Shown: positions 19,372 to 28,579 of the stretch, piece after piece | Position numbering within the stretch: position 1 is the first letter of the stretch | Layout of the letters: each line of letters opens with the position of its first letter | NCBI GenBank assembly: GCA_004321905.1 | Contig: SCQF01000053.1 | Span: forward strand, 39,192-103,191 | Direction: 5' to 3' | From: Verrucomicrobiota bacterium | Lineage (GTDB): Bacteria > Verrucomicrobiota > Kiritimatiellia > CAIQIC01 | Length of the DNA stretch: 64,000 nt | Notes under the pieces: model-generated | Databases searched by the model: none | What the model was told of the DNA's origin: nothing | What the model saw: only the letters and a program-made list of their open reading frames with translations | Made by a program: the position numbers and the translations under genes

Positions 19372-21179
19372 TTCTCCGCTGCGGCGGCGCACGTGGGCAC
19401 AGGCGCCGCCTGTTCTTGTTGCTTGTTCGCACCAGCGACGGGTTGCCCGCCGGGGCGGCCTTCCGCACGTAGCCGCTCCATGAACGCCGCCGGTGTCATC
19501 ACCCCCTGATCGCCAGCCGTACGGTGACGGACAGAGACCAAGCCCTGTTCCGCCTCCTTCGGACCGATGATCAGCATGTACGGAATCTTTTCCATCTGCG
19601 CGGCGCGGATTTTCGCACCGACCTTCTCATTGCGCTCGTCTACGGTGACGCGGAAGTCTTCTGCGTCGAACTGCCCCGCCAGGCTGCGGGCCAGTTCGTG
19701 CTGCTTCTCGGTCAACGGCAGGAGGCGCACCTGTTCCGGCGCGAGCCACAACGGAAACGCGCCGGCATAATGTTCCACCAGAATTCCAAAAAAGCGCTCA
19801 ATGCTGCCGAACAGCGCGCGATGCACCATATAGGGCTGATGCGGCTGGCCGTCGGCCCCGGTATAGGTCAGGTCGAACCGTTCCGGCAAATTGAAGTCGA
19901 ACTGGAACGTGCTGACCTGCCATTCGCGACCAATCGCGTCGCGCACCTTCAGGTCAATCTTCGGGCCATAGAACGCGCCACCGCCGGCATCCACCTCGTA
20001 GGGCACGCTTGCGGTCTGGAGCGCGTGTTCCAGCGACTGGGTCGCCTGCTCCCAGCGCGACTCCTCGCCCACGGCCTTGGCGGGACGCGTCGCGAGGTAG
20101 GCCTTGATCTCGGTGAAGCCAAAGATGTTCCAGATGCGTTTGGCGAACTGCATCACGCGCAGGATTTCACTCTCGATTTGTTCCGGCGTGCAAATGATGT
20201 GCGCATCGTCTTGCGTGAAGCCGCGGACGCGGAACAGTCCGGCCAGCACGCCCGCTTTTTCGTAGCGATAGACCGTGCCCAGTTCCGCCCACCGTAGTGG
20301 CAGGTCACGGTAACTGCGTTTCTGCGCCTGATAAATCTTGATGTGGAACGGGCAGTTCATCGGCTTGACGAAGTATTCTTCCTCGTCAATTTTCATCGGC
20401 GCGTACATGCCCTCGCGGTAGAAGCCCAAGTGTCCGCTGGTTTCCCAGAGATTTGCGCGTCCGATATGCGGCGAGTAGACCAGCTCGTAGCCGTTCTTCA
20501 GGTGCTCGCGGCGCCAGAAATCTTCGATCAGCAGGCGGACGCGCGCACCCTTCGGATGCCACAACACGAGGCCGGGACCGATCGTCTCCTCCGTCGAGAA
20601 CAGGTCAAGTTCGCGACCAATCTTGCGGTGGTCGCGCTTTTTCGCTTCCTCGATTTGCGTCAGATAAATGCGCAGGTCCTTCTCGGAGGGAAACGCCGTG
20701 CCATAGAGTCGCTGCAACATCGGATTGGTTTCCTTGCCGCGGTAGTAACTGCCGGCGACGCTCGTCAGCTTGAAAGCTTTGATCGCCGCCGTGCTTTTGA
20801 CGTGCGGGCCACGGCAGAGGTCCATGAAATCGCCGCAGCGATAGAAGCTGATCGTTTCGCCTTCCGGGATATCTGCAAGTCGTTCGAGTTTGAACTTCTG
20901 TCCGCGTTCGCGCAGGATTTTTTCTGCTTCGGCGCGGGTGAGTTCGACGCGCTCGAACGGGAGATCGGCCTTGATAAGCGCCGCCATCTCCTCCTCGATA
21001 CGCGCAAAATCCTCCGTATTCAAACGGTGCGGGAGATCGAAGTCGTAGTAGAAGCCGTCGTCGGTAGCGGGACCAATGTCGAGCTGGACATTTTCAAAGA
21101 CGCGGCAGACCGCCGCTGCCATCACATGCGCCGCGCTATGGCGCATTCGTTCCAAATCCGAAACCTTGTCGTCGTTCAT
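19368..21179 (-). CDS. thrS: Threonyl-tRNA synthetase (short form, no TGS domain)
   Basis: RHSAAHVMA, DLCRGPHV, RDHRKIG, KPMNCPFH, RVRGFTQDDAH, AFYGPKID. Confidence 0.98.
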   Translation of the reverse strand: MNDDKVSDLERMRHSAAHVMAAAVCRVFENVQLDIGPATDDGFYYDFDLPHRLNTEDFARIEEEMAALIKADLPFERVELTRAEAEKILRERGQKFKLERLADIPEGETISFYRCGDFMDLCRGPHVKSTAAIKAFKLTSVAGSYYRGKETNPMLQRLYGTAFPSEKDLRIYLTQIEEAKKRDHRKIGRELDLFSTEETIGPGLVLWHPKGARVRLLIEDFWRREHLKNGYELVYSPHIGRANLWETSGHLGFYREGMYAPMKIDEEEYFVKPMNCPFHIKIYQAQKRSYRDLPLRWAELGTVYRYEKAGVLAGLFRVRGFTQDDAHIICTPEQIESEILRVMQFAKRIWNIFGFTEIKAYLATRPAKAVGEESRWEQATQSLEHALQTASVPYEVDAGGGAFYGPKIDLKVRDAIGREWQVSTFQFDFNLPERFDLTYTGADGQPHQPYMVHRALFGSIERFFGILVEHYAGAFPLWLAPEQVRLLPLTEKQHELARSLAGQFDAEDFRVTVDERNEKVGAKIRAAQMEKIPYMLIIGPKEAEQGLVSVRHRTAGDQGVMTPAAFMERLRAEGRPGGQPVAGANKQQEQAAPVPTCAAAAEK

Positions 21180-21289
21180 CAAAAGTGCTTATAAACCTTT
21201 CCTGCGCACCGGTTACACGGTGCGGCAACGGGGCGGCAGTGTAATGCTTTCGCGCCCTGCGTCAAACGAAATCGGGCGATTTTACGCAG

Positions 21290-21309
21290 TTTTTCCAACC
21301 CGTGAAAAA
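21290..21309. repeat. Degenerate TTCCAA-N3-TTGGAA unit
   Basis: TTTTTCCAACCCGTGAAAAA. Confidence 0.5.
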
Positions 21310-21337
21310 GCCACCAGCGGTTCTGTCGAAATTATTG

Positions 21338-21366
21338 TTTACAGACTCGGGGGCATCCTGTATAAA
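21338..21366 (+). promoter_or_regulatory. Sigma70-type promoter for hppA
   Basis: TTTACA-N17-TATAAA. Confidence 0.65.
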
Positions 21367-21415
21367 ACCGCGCGTTTTTTTCCCACGCAAACAGAAGAAT
21401 GGAGCAAAGAAAAAC

Positions 21416-23926
21416 ATGAGCCTCACAACGAAAACAATGGGCTGGGCCTTGACACTTGCCGCGCTGTGCGCGACACCCGTCATGGCCAGCGAAGCGGACT
21501 TGGTGCTGCCCGATTTGGGCGTCAAGTTCTTCAACGGCGCGATTTCCGGTACCGCGTTGATGATGATCGGCATTTTGGTGTGCGCGGTCGGCTTGGTCTT
21601 CGGGTTGGTGCAATACACCAAAACGAAAAACCTGCCGGTGCACGCCTCGATGCGCGATGTTTCCAACATCATCTGGGAAACCTGCAAAAGCTACCTCGCC
21701 CAGCAAGGTAAGTTCCTCGCGATTCTCTGGGTGCTGATCGCCGCGTGCATGGTTTACTATTTCATGTTCCTGCAGAAGATGCCGACGACCAGCGTAGCCA
21801 TTATCCTTGGCGCTTCGATCCTCGGTATCCTCGGCTCCTACGGCGTCGCCTGGTTCGGCATGCGCATCAACACCTTCGCCAACAGCCGTAGCGCCTTCGC
21901 GGCGTTGCGCGGCACCCCGTGGGAAGCGCTGGCCATCCCGATGCGTTCGGGCATGAGCGTCGGCACCCTGCTGGTCGCGGTCGAACTGTTCTTCATGATC
22001 TGCATCCTGATTTTCCTCCCCAGCGAGCTGCGCGGCCCCTGCTTCATCGGCTTCGCGATCGGCGAATCGCTCGGCGCTTCGGCCCTGCGTATCTGCGGCG
22101 GTATCTTCACCAAGATCGCCGACATCGGTTCCGACCTGATGAAGATCGTCTTCAAGCTCCCGGAGGATGATCCCAAGAACCCCGGTGTCGTCGCGGATTG
22201 CACCGGTGACAACGCCGGCGACAGCGTCGGCCCGACCGCCGACGGCTTCGAGACTTACGGCGTGACCGGCGTCGCGCTGATCACCTTCCTCGCGCTCGTG
22301 CTCGGCGCGGGCGCGCTCTGCGCCCAGATGATCGTCTGGATCTTCGTCATGCGCATCCTGATGATCCTGACCTCGCTCGTTTCTTACTTCATCAACGACG
22401 TCTACTTCAGCGCAAAACTGAAAGACGCCAAGGCCTTCGACCCAGAAGAGCCCCTGACCGTGCTCGTGTGGCTGACCTCGATCGTCTCGATCATCGTCAC
22501 CTACGCCGCCAGCTACTTCCTGCTCCCGGCCGGCCCCGGCATTGATAAGAACCTCTGGTGGGTGCTCTCCACGATCATCTCCTGCGGCACGCTCGCGGGC
22601 GCGCTGATCCCGGAATTCACCAAGGTCTTCACCAGCACCAACGCCAAACACGTCAAGGAGGTGGTCACCGCATCCAAACAGGGCGGTGCTTCGCTGAACA
22701 TTCTCTCCGGTTTCGTGGCCGGTAACTTCAGCGCCTTCTGGGAAGGCCTGACGATGCTCGTACTGATGCTCGTCGCCGCCCTCTTGGCCATGAATCCCTC
22801 CGTAGCCAACCTGATGCCGGCGGGTCTCGAGTTTGCCGCGCCAATCTTCGCGTTCGGCCTCGTCGCCTTCGGCTTCCTCGGCATGGGCCCGGTGACCATC
22901 GCCGTGGATAGCTTTGGCCCGGTCTCCGACAACGCACAGAGTGTCTATGAACTCTCCCGAATTGAATCCATCCCGAACATCTCCAAGGAGATTGAGAAGG
23001 ACTTCGGTTTCAAGCCCGACTTCGAGAACGCCAAGCTTAACCTTGAGCGCAATGATGGCGCGGGCAATACCTTCAAAGCCACCGCCAAGCCCGTGCTGAT
23101 CGGCACCGCCGTAGTCGGCGCCACCACGATGATCTTCGGCATCATCCTGATGCTCGGCAAGGCCAAGGCGCTCGCGCTCGCGCAAGCGGCCGGCGTTTCC
23201 GTCGCGGAACACGTTCCGCTGACTGCCGCGCAGGTCAAGGCTGGCATTGACTTCGTCATCTCCAGCTTGAGCCTCGTGCGCCCAGAGATCGTCCTCGGCC
23301 TGCTGATGGGCGGCGCGGTCATCTACTGGTTCACCGGCGCGGCCACGCAGGCGGTCGTCACGGGTTCCTATCGTGCGGTCGTCTACATCAAAGAGAACAT
23401 GAACCTGAACGCGGCGACGGCCTCGATCGAGGACAGCAAGGAAGTCGTGAAGATTTGCACGATCTATGCCCAGAAAGGCATGTTCAACATCTTCGTGGCC
23501 GTCTTCTGTTTCGCCCTGTCGCTGGCGTTCTTCAACCCGTTCTTTTTCATCGGTTACCTGATTTCCATCGCGTTCTTCGGCCTCTATCAGGCCATCTTCA
23601 TGGCGAACGCCGGCGGTGCTTGGGACAACGCCAAGAAGATCGTCGAGGTTGACCTGCGCGCCAAGGGCACCGACCTGCACGCCGCGACCGTCGTCGGCGA
23701 CACCGTGGGCGATCCATTCAAGGACACCTCCTCGGTCGCCATGAACCCGATCATCAAGTTCACGACGCTGTTCGGTTTGCTTGCGACGGAAATTGCCGTG
23801 GCCATGACCAACAGTACGATGAAATACACCATCGGCGGCGTGATTTTCTTGATCGCCCTCGTCTTCGTGTACCGCTCCTTCTACGGGATGCGGATTCCTG
23901 AAGACAAGGCGACGGCCAAGACCTAA
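21416..23926 (+). CDS. hppA: Membrane-bound ion-translocating pyrophosphatase, divergent K+-independent type
   Basis: GGIFTKIADIGSDL, EDDPKNPGVVADCTGDNAGD, GNTFKATAK, GGAWDNAKK, GDTVGDPFKDT. Confidence 0.93.
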   Translation: MSLTTKTMGWALTLAALCATPVMASEADLVLPDLGVKFFNGAISGTALMMIGILVCAVGLVFGLVQYTKTKNLPVHASMRDVSNIIWETCKSYLAQQGKFLAILWVLIAACMVYYFMFLQKMPTTSVAIILGASILGILGSYGVAWFGMRINTFANSRSAFAALRGTPWEALAIPMRSGMSVGTLLVAVELFFMICILIFLPSELRGPCFIGFAIGESLGASALRICGGIFTKIADIGSDLMKIVFKLPEDDPKNPGVVADCTGDNAGDSVGPTADGFETYGVTGVALITFLALVLGAGALCAQMIVWIFVMRILMILTSLVSYFINDVYFSAKLKDAKAFDPEEPLTVLVWLTSIVSIIVTYAASYFLLPAGPGIDKNLWWVLSTIISCGTLAGALIPEFTKVFTSTNAKHVKEVVTASKQGGASLNILSGFVAGNFSAFWEGLTMLVLMLVAALLAMNPSVANLMPAGLEFAAPIFAFGLVAFGFLGMGPVTIAVDSFGPVSDNAQSVYELSRIESIPNISKEIEKDFGFKPDFENAKLNLERNDGAGNTFKATAKPVLIGTAVVGATTMIFGIILMLGKAKALALAQAAGVSVAEHVPLTAAQVKAGIDFVISSLSLVRPEIVLGLLMGGAVIYWFTGAATQAVVTGSYRAVVYIKENMNLNAATASIEDSKEVVKICTIYAQKGMFNIFVAVFCFALSLAFFNPFFFIGYLISIAFFGLYQAIFMANAGGAWDNAKKIVEVDLRAKGTDLHAATVVGDTVGDPFKDTSSVAMNPIIKFTTLFGLLATEIAVAMTNSTMKYTIGGVIFLIALVFVYRSFYGMRIPEDKATAKT

Positions 23927-23954
23927 GTCGCTCATCCGGTTCATCCGGAGTATG

Positions 23955-23995
23955 AACGGCCGCGCAGGATACTGCGCGGCCGTTTTGTTTTTTTT
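23955..23995 (+). terminator. Rho-independent terminator of hppA
   Basis: AACGGCCGCGCAG-gata-CTGCGCGGCCGTT followed by a T-run. Confidence 0.9.
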
Positions 23996-24493
23996 GAAGC
24001 CACGGCAGACGAAGATTAAATATGAACTCGATAAGCTGACCGGTATCCTCTACATCAGCCGCATGTTGCACAGTGCGGTCTCCATTATCCAAACAACTAC
24101 GGGTTTATTCCACAAACGCACTGCCGCGACCATGACCCGCTCGATATCCTCGTGCTCACGCAGGAGCCGGTGATTCCGGGATGCGTGATGAAAGCCAAGC
24201 CCATCGGCCTGCTGCCGATGCACGACACTGGGCAGGAGGACTTCAAGATCATTGCGGTCCATGCCGACGACCCGATCTATTCCGAATATAGCGACATCTC
24301 CCAACTCCCGCCGTACACGCTCCGCGAAATTCGCCATTTCTTCGAAATCTATAAAGAGCTGGAGAAGACCGGCAAGGTGCAGGTGGATGATTTCCGCGGA
24401 CGCATTGACGCGTTTAGTTGTATCCGTGAAGCAATGAAGGCCTACACCCGTTTCCGCGCGAAACTGCTTCAGTGTCAATATCCAGATTATTAG
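23996..24493 (+). pseudogene. ppa: Family I soluble inorganic pyrophosphatase, 5'-truncated and frameshifted
   Basis: KIKYELDKLTGILYISRMLHSAV in one frame; an extra TC near 24081; then HYPNNYGFIPQTHCRDHDPLDILVL...DFKIIAV...IRHFFEIYKELE in another frame. Confidence 0.85.
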
Positions 24494-24595
24494 ATAAATT
24501 TTGTTGGCGCCGCGGCTTCGTCACGCACTGCGGGGTTCAAGGATATCGGAGGGGAGCAGCATGGTTCCATGCCGTTGCCTGCAAAGAAACAAGAC

Positions 24596-24660
24596 TGACG
24601 CAAAATTGCACTACGCTGACGTAAATTAGTCGCTAGGAATGCCGACCTGAAGCCAGTAAA
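24596..24660 (+). promoter_or_regulatory. Putative AraC/XylR-type operator-promoter (21-bp-period direct repeat)
   Basis: TGACGCAAAATTGC...TGACGTAAATTAGTC; 46/65 identical to the minus strand of 40549-40613. Confidence 0.65.
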
Positions 24661-24732
24661 TATTACCTCAGTTTTTTCCGCCTGCGGAGCAATTGAGGCG
24701 ATGTTTTTACGGATCGGTAATGGAGAAAGACG

Positions 24733-26286
24733 GTGTGCTTTATGCCTTTTCTACCGGCCACCTGGCTGAAAACCGGCGGACTAGTTTTGATACTGACCGG
24801 CCTAGTCGGCCAATCGGCGCTTGCGTCGGAAACCCCCAGTCCCAGTGTACGTATTTCGCCGCTCCATTTCCGCCCACAGCAGGGCGGAGCTGGCGACACC
24901 ATCGCCTTCTACTGGCAAGGCGGTTATCATGTGTTTTATCTGAATAATGCGGGACAATGGGCGCATAATGTCAGCACCGACTTGATCCATTGGAAAGAAC
25001 TCCCGCCCGCCCTGTCACCCAGTACCGGTCCAGCCGGCCCGGATGCGGTCTGCTGGACTGGCAGTGTCGTCGAACACGCCGGAACGTTCTATCTCTTTTA
25101 CACCGGTCAAAATCTGAAAGACCCGAGAAACGACCAGAAGGTGATGCTGGCAACGAGCAAGGATTTGATTCATTGGGAAAAGCAGCCGGACCGCACCTTC
25201 TATCCCGATGGGAAAATATATTGGAGCAAGTCCATCAACGGGTCGGCCGGGAGTCTGGGCTATCATCACCAGGCTTTCCGCGATCCCGACGTCTTCTGGA
25301 ACGAGCAAGCGCAACAATGGTGGATGCTGCTTCATGCCCTGAAGGTCGAGGGGCACATCCCGTGCGTCGGCCTCTACACGTCTCCCGACCTGATGAAGTG
25401 GACGCCCCACTCCCCGTTGGTGACCGGCGTCTCCGCAGATTGTTCTCAAACCTTCCCCTTGCAGGGCCGCTGGTTTATCATCGGGGTGGCGACCGATTAT
25501 ATGTCCGCCCCCACTCCCGCCGGACCGTATCCGCAGGATTTGCAACTTTACAAGAACGGCGGTCGCCTGTCGGGTGAACCTTACGACTGTGGGGATCTCT
25601 TCGTGCCGAAATCCCTGTTCGACGGCAAGCGTCGCTTCCTGTGCGGCACGTTGCCACGGCGCGATTCGCCGCGCGACGACGGGACGAACGGTTGGTCCGG
25701 CCGCCTGCTGATCTATGAAATGTCGCGCCGCGCTGACGGCACACTCGGCGTACGTATCCCGCAGGAAGTCGAGGAGTCGTTTGGCACCTCGACCCCGGTC
25801 AGACTTCCCGAACATCCGTGCTGGCCTCGTACCGCAAGCGGCCTCCGCGTCGCTTCTGGGCAGGCCCACGCCAATCTGGGCCGTTTACCCACGCGGTGCT
25901 TGTTGAGCGCGCAACTCGTCGTGCCACCGACGGGACGCGCCGGTTTCTGGTTGGGCGGCAACGCCAAGGGCGAGCAGGCGTTTCGGCTGTTTGTAGATGT
26001 CGGGACACAACGGGTCATCTGGGATCGTGATACCCTACCTCTTGGTGCAGGCCCGGCCAAAGAACGCCCCTATCGTCCGCTGAAAATTCAGCCCGGCGAT
26101 AAAATTTCAGTCAAAATCGCGCTCGATGGCGATGCCGCCGTGGCCTGCATCAACGATACCGTTGGCCTTGCCACGCGCATCTATGACCGCCGCGACAATA
26201 CATTTGGAATGTGGTCGGACACGGTCGGAACCGAATTTAGCGACATAACTTTACGTTCTGTTCACGAACCAACGACCTCAAAATGA
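24733..26286 (+). CDS. Secreted GH32-like beta-propeller glycosidase
   Basis: Signal peptide; GDTIAF..YHVFYL, WAHNVSTDLIHW, CWTGSV, FRDPDVFW; beta-sandwich C-terminus. Confidence 0.85.
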   Translation: MCFMPFLPATWLKTGGLVLILTGLVGQSALASETPSPSVRISPLHFRPQQGGAGDTIAFYWQGGYHVFYLNNAGQWAHNVSTDLIHWKELPPALSPSTGPAGPDAVCWTGSVVEHAGTFYLFYTGQNLKDPRNDQKVMLATSKDLIHWEKQPDRTFYPDGKIYWSKSINGSAGSLGYHHQAFRDPDVFWNEQAQQWWMLLHALKVEGHIPCVGLYTSPDLMKWTPHSPLVTGVSADCSQTFPLQGRWFIIGVATDYMSAPTPAGPYPQDLQLYKNGGRLSGEPYDCGDLFVPKSLFDGKRRFLCGTLPRRDSPRDDGTNGWSGRLLIYEMSRRADGTLGVRIPQEVEESFGTSTPVRLPEHPCWPRTASGLRVASGQAHANLGRLPTRCLLSAQLVVPPTGRAGFWLGGNAKGEQAFRLFVDVGTQRVIWDRDTLPLGAGPAKERPYRPLKIQPGDKISVKIALDGDAAVACINDTVGLATRIYDRRDNTFGMWSDTVGTEFSDITLRSVHEPTTSK

Positions 26287-26291
26287 TAGAG

Positions 26292-26309
26292 TTTCCAAAC
26301 CTTGGAAAA
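26292..26309. repeat. TTCCAA-N3-TTGGAA palindrome, single
   Basis: TTTCCAAACCTTGGAAAA, intercistronic. Confidence 0.88.
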
Positions 26310-26327
26310 CAAGCACCGGAGAAAAAT

Positions 26328-28487
26328 ATGAAGCGAAAAATGAGACTGCTCTGGGCCGTGTTGCCGACTTTAGTCGGGATCGCCAATGCCCAGCTTGGCG
26401 ACAAAACGTTCGTCGTGTGGGTTGCGCCAGCCAATCTGACGCAACGCGGTGGTAGCGTGCTGACCATTGACAATCAACACAGTCATTTTGATGGCATCAT
26501 CTTCGGCGAAATTGCGCCAGCCCGCTGGATGGCGGGCAGCGACAACCTTAAACGCACGGAGCGGCAGCAGTCCCCTTGGCCTGTCGAGATCGCCGGGCCA
26601 GATGCAATGGTGCAGGTGGCCATCGCCTATCGCGGCAAGGAGATCACCCTTTATCGCGACGGAAAAGAATACGCACGTTATCCAATCCAACGACCAGAAG
26701 CGTTTGATGAGAAAAGCTTGGTCATCCTGGGTCCGCGCCACGTTCACAACCGCGATTTCTTCGCGGGTGCGATTGACGATGCACGCATTTATGATCGCGC
26801 GCTGACCGGCGAGCAAATCCGCGCGCTAAAACCGAACACCATGTCGGAGATCAAACCTTGGGCGTGGTGGACTTTTGATGACGCCGCTTGTACCGACCGC
26901 ATGGGGCGCTTCGTTGATACACGCCTGATTGATGGCGCATATGTGAAAGATGGCCAGTTGCACCTCGACGGGAAACAGGCCGCTTTTGCTGCCGCACAAG
27001 CAGTGCATGGTCTTGATTCCATCTGTCCGCCGCCGTTACCGCGTTCCATCGCCGAGCAGCCGAAGTTACCCGACGACATCGAAATCGTACGACGCTTTCG
27101 GAATCACCTGCTCGCCGATCCCTATCGTCCAACCTATCACTTCGCGATTCCGGAAGATTATGCGGGGCCATTCGATCCCAATGGCGCGATTTTTTGGCGC
27201 GGGCAATATCACCTGTTTCACATTTATCAGGAAAATCGCATGAATTGCTTTGGACATATTTCGAGCGTGGATTTGGTGCACTGGCGTCAACACCCGACGC
27301 CGCTCTATCCAACGGATAAAAGCATTGACCGTGGCATATCTAGCGGCAACTGCTTCATCAATAAGAAGGGCGAGGCGACGATGCTCTTCCACGGCGTTAA
27401 CGCTGGCAACTGTATCGCCACCAGCATGGACGACAATCTCGACCACTGGACCAAGTTGTCATCCAATCCGATCGTCCCTAATCCGTTGGGGAAGGAGCCT
27501 TATGCCTCGTGGGATCCCTGCGGCTGGGTGGAGGGCAACACCTACTACGCGATTTTTGGCGGCAATCCCGGCCACGGTAAACCCGCCTCAACGTTCAAGG
27601 CCACCGAACTCGATGGTTGGAAATACGTCGGCCCGTTCCTACACCACGAGATGCCGGGCGTCGCCACAAACGAAGACACTTCGTGTCCCGATTTCTTCAA
27701 ACTCGGCGGCAAGCGCGTCCTCATCTGTATCGCGCACAATCGGGGCAACCGTTATTACGTCGGCGATTGGAAGAACGAGCAGTTCGTTCCCGAAATCCAC
27801 GAGCGGATGAGCTGGGTGGACAATACCTACTTCGCGCCGGAATCGCTTGAGGCTCCCGATGGAAGGCGGATTTTGTGGGGCTGGATTTTCGACCAGCGCG
27901 ACGGAAAAACCCGGCTGGCCAGCGGCTGGTCCGGCGAGATGTCGCTGCCGCGTGAACTCTCGCTGGGCGACGACAACCGTCTCCGCCAAAAACCGATCAG
28001 GGAACTCGAATGCCTCCGTTACAACGGACAAACGCTAAAGGACATTACTGTGTCTGCCGGTCAGGACGTCGTGCTCGGAAAAATTTCCGGCAACACGATT
28101 GAACTGGAACTGGAGATCAAACCACAGGACGCTAAACAGGTTGGCGTCAAAGTCTGCCGTTCACCGGGCGGCGAAGAGCAAACCCTGATCTACTACGACG
28201 CAGCCGAAAAAGCGCTGAAGGTGGACGCGACAAAATCGAGTCTCACAGAGGGCAAACGAAATGTTGAATCCGCGCCATTTGCGCTCAAATCGCGCGAGCC
28301 GCTAAAGCTCCGCGTTTTCGTGGACCGCTCGGTCGTCGAGGTCTTTGCCAACGAACGCCAAGCCGTCGTACGGCGTATTTACCCCAGTCGGCCCGATAGC
28401 CTTGGTGTTTCCGTCTTTGCTAACGGCGGCGCAGTCAAAGTCCGCCAAGTCAAATCGTGGCAGATGGCGCCAAGTAACGCGTATTGA
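26328..28487 (+). CDS. Secreted LamG plus GH32-like glycosidase
   Basis: GGAG-N6-ATG; signal peptide; LamG (FAGAIDDARIYDRAL); RPTYHF..FDPNG..YHLF, WDP, SLPREL, LRVFVDRSVVEVF. Confidence 0.88.
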   Translation: MKRKMRLLWAVLPTLVGIANAQLGDKTFVVWVAPANLTQRGGSVLTIDNQHSHFDGIIFGEIAPARWMAGSDNLKRTERQQSPWPVEIAGPDAMVQVAIAYRGKEITLYRDGKEYARYPIQRPEAFDEKSLVILGPRHVHNRDFFAGAIDDARIYDRALTGEQIRALKPNTMSEIKPWAWWTFDDAACTDRMGRFVDTRLIDGAYVKDGQLHLDGKQAAFAAAQAVHGLDSICPPPLPRSIAEQPKLPDDIEIVRRFRNHLLADPYRPTYHFAIPEDYAGPFDPNGAIFWRGQYHLFHIYQENRMNCFGHISSVDLVHWRQHPTPLYPTDKSIDRGISSGNCFINKKGEATMLFHGVNAGNCIATSMDDNLDHWTKLSSNPIVPNPLGKEPYASWDPCGWVEGNTYYAIFGGNPGHGKPASTFKATELDGWKYVGPFLHHEMPGVATNEDTSCPDFFKLGGKRVLICIAHNRGNRYYVGDWKNEQFVPEIHERMSWVDNTYFAPESLEAPDGRRILWGWIFDQRDGKTRLASGWSGEMSLPRELSLGDDNRLRQKPIRELECLRYNGQTLKDITVSAGQDVVLGKISGNTIELELEIKPQDAKQVGVKVCRSPGGEEQTLIYYDAAEKALKVDATKSSLTEGKRNVESAPFALKSREPLKLRVFVDRSVVEVFANERQAVVRRIYPSRPDSLGVSVFANGGAVKVRQVKSWQMAPSNAY

Positions 28488-28578
28488 CCGGCTTTTCCTC
28501 TTTACCGAGGGCGGCGACGCCACCTTTGAAAATATCGAAATTCGACCGTGGGCACCCAGCACAACGATGGAGCAATGA
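28483..28578 (+). pseudogene. Relic 3' end of another GH32-type gene
   Basis: Reads IDRLFLFTEGGDATFENIEIRPWAPSTTMEQ*, resembling NKLGIWVEGGTLLVRDVTIRPL at the end of 33935-36955. Confidence 0.55.
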
Positions 28579-28579
28579 C

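Noticed and set aside
21183-21300. T-box or operator leader for thrS
   Set aside because: No T-box consensus or terminator is visible.
21332-23944. 870-aa minus-strand ORF and other long antisense ORFs (2091-3488, 7122-8417, 51071-52240, 62550-63956)
   Set aside because: Shadow frames of well-supported genes in high-GC DNA; no recognisable motifs.
23952-24173. Programmed frameshift in ppa
   Set aside because: No slippery heptamer at the shift, and the 5' end is replaced by terminator sequence; decay is the simpler explanation.
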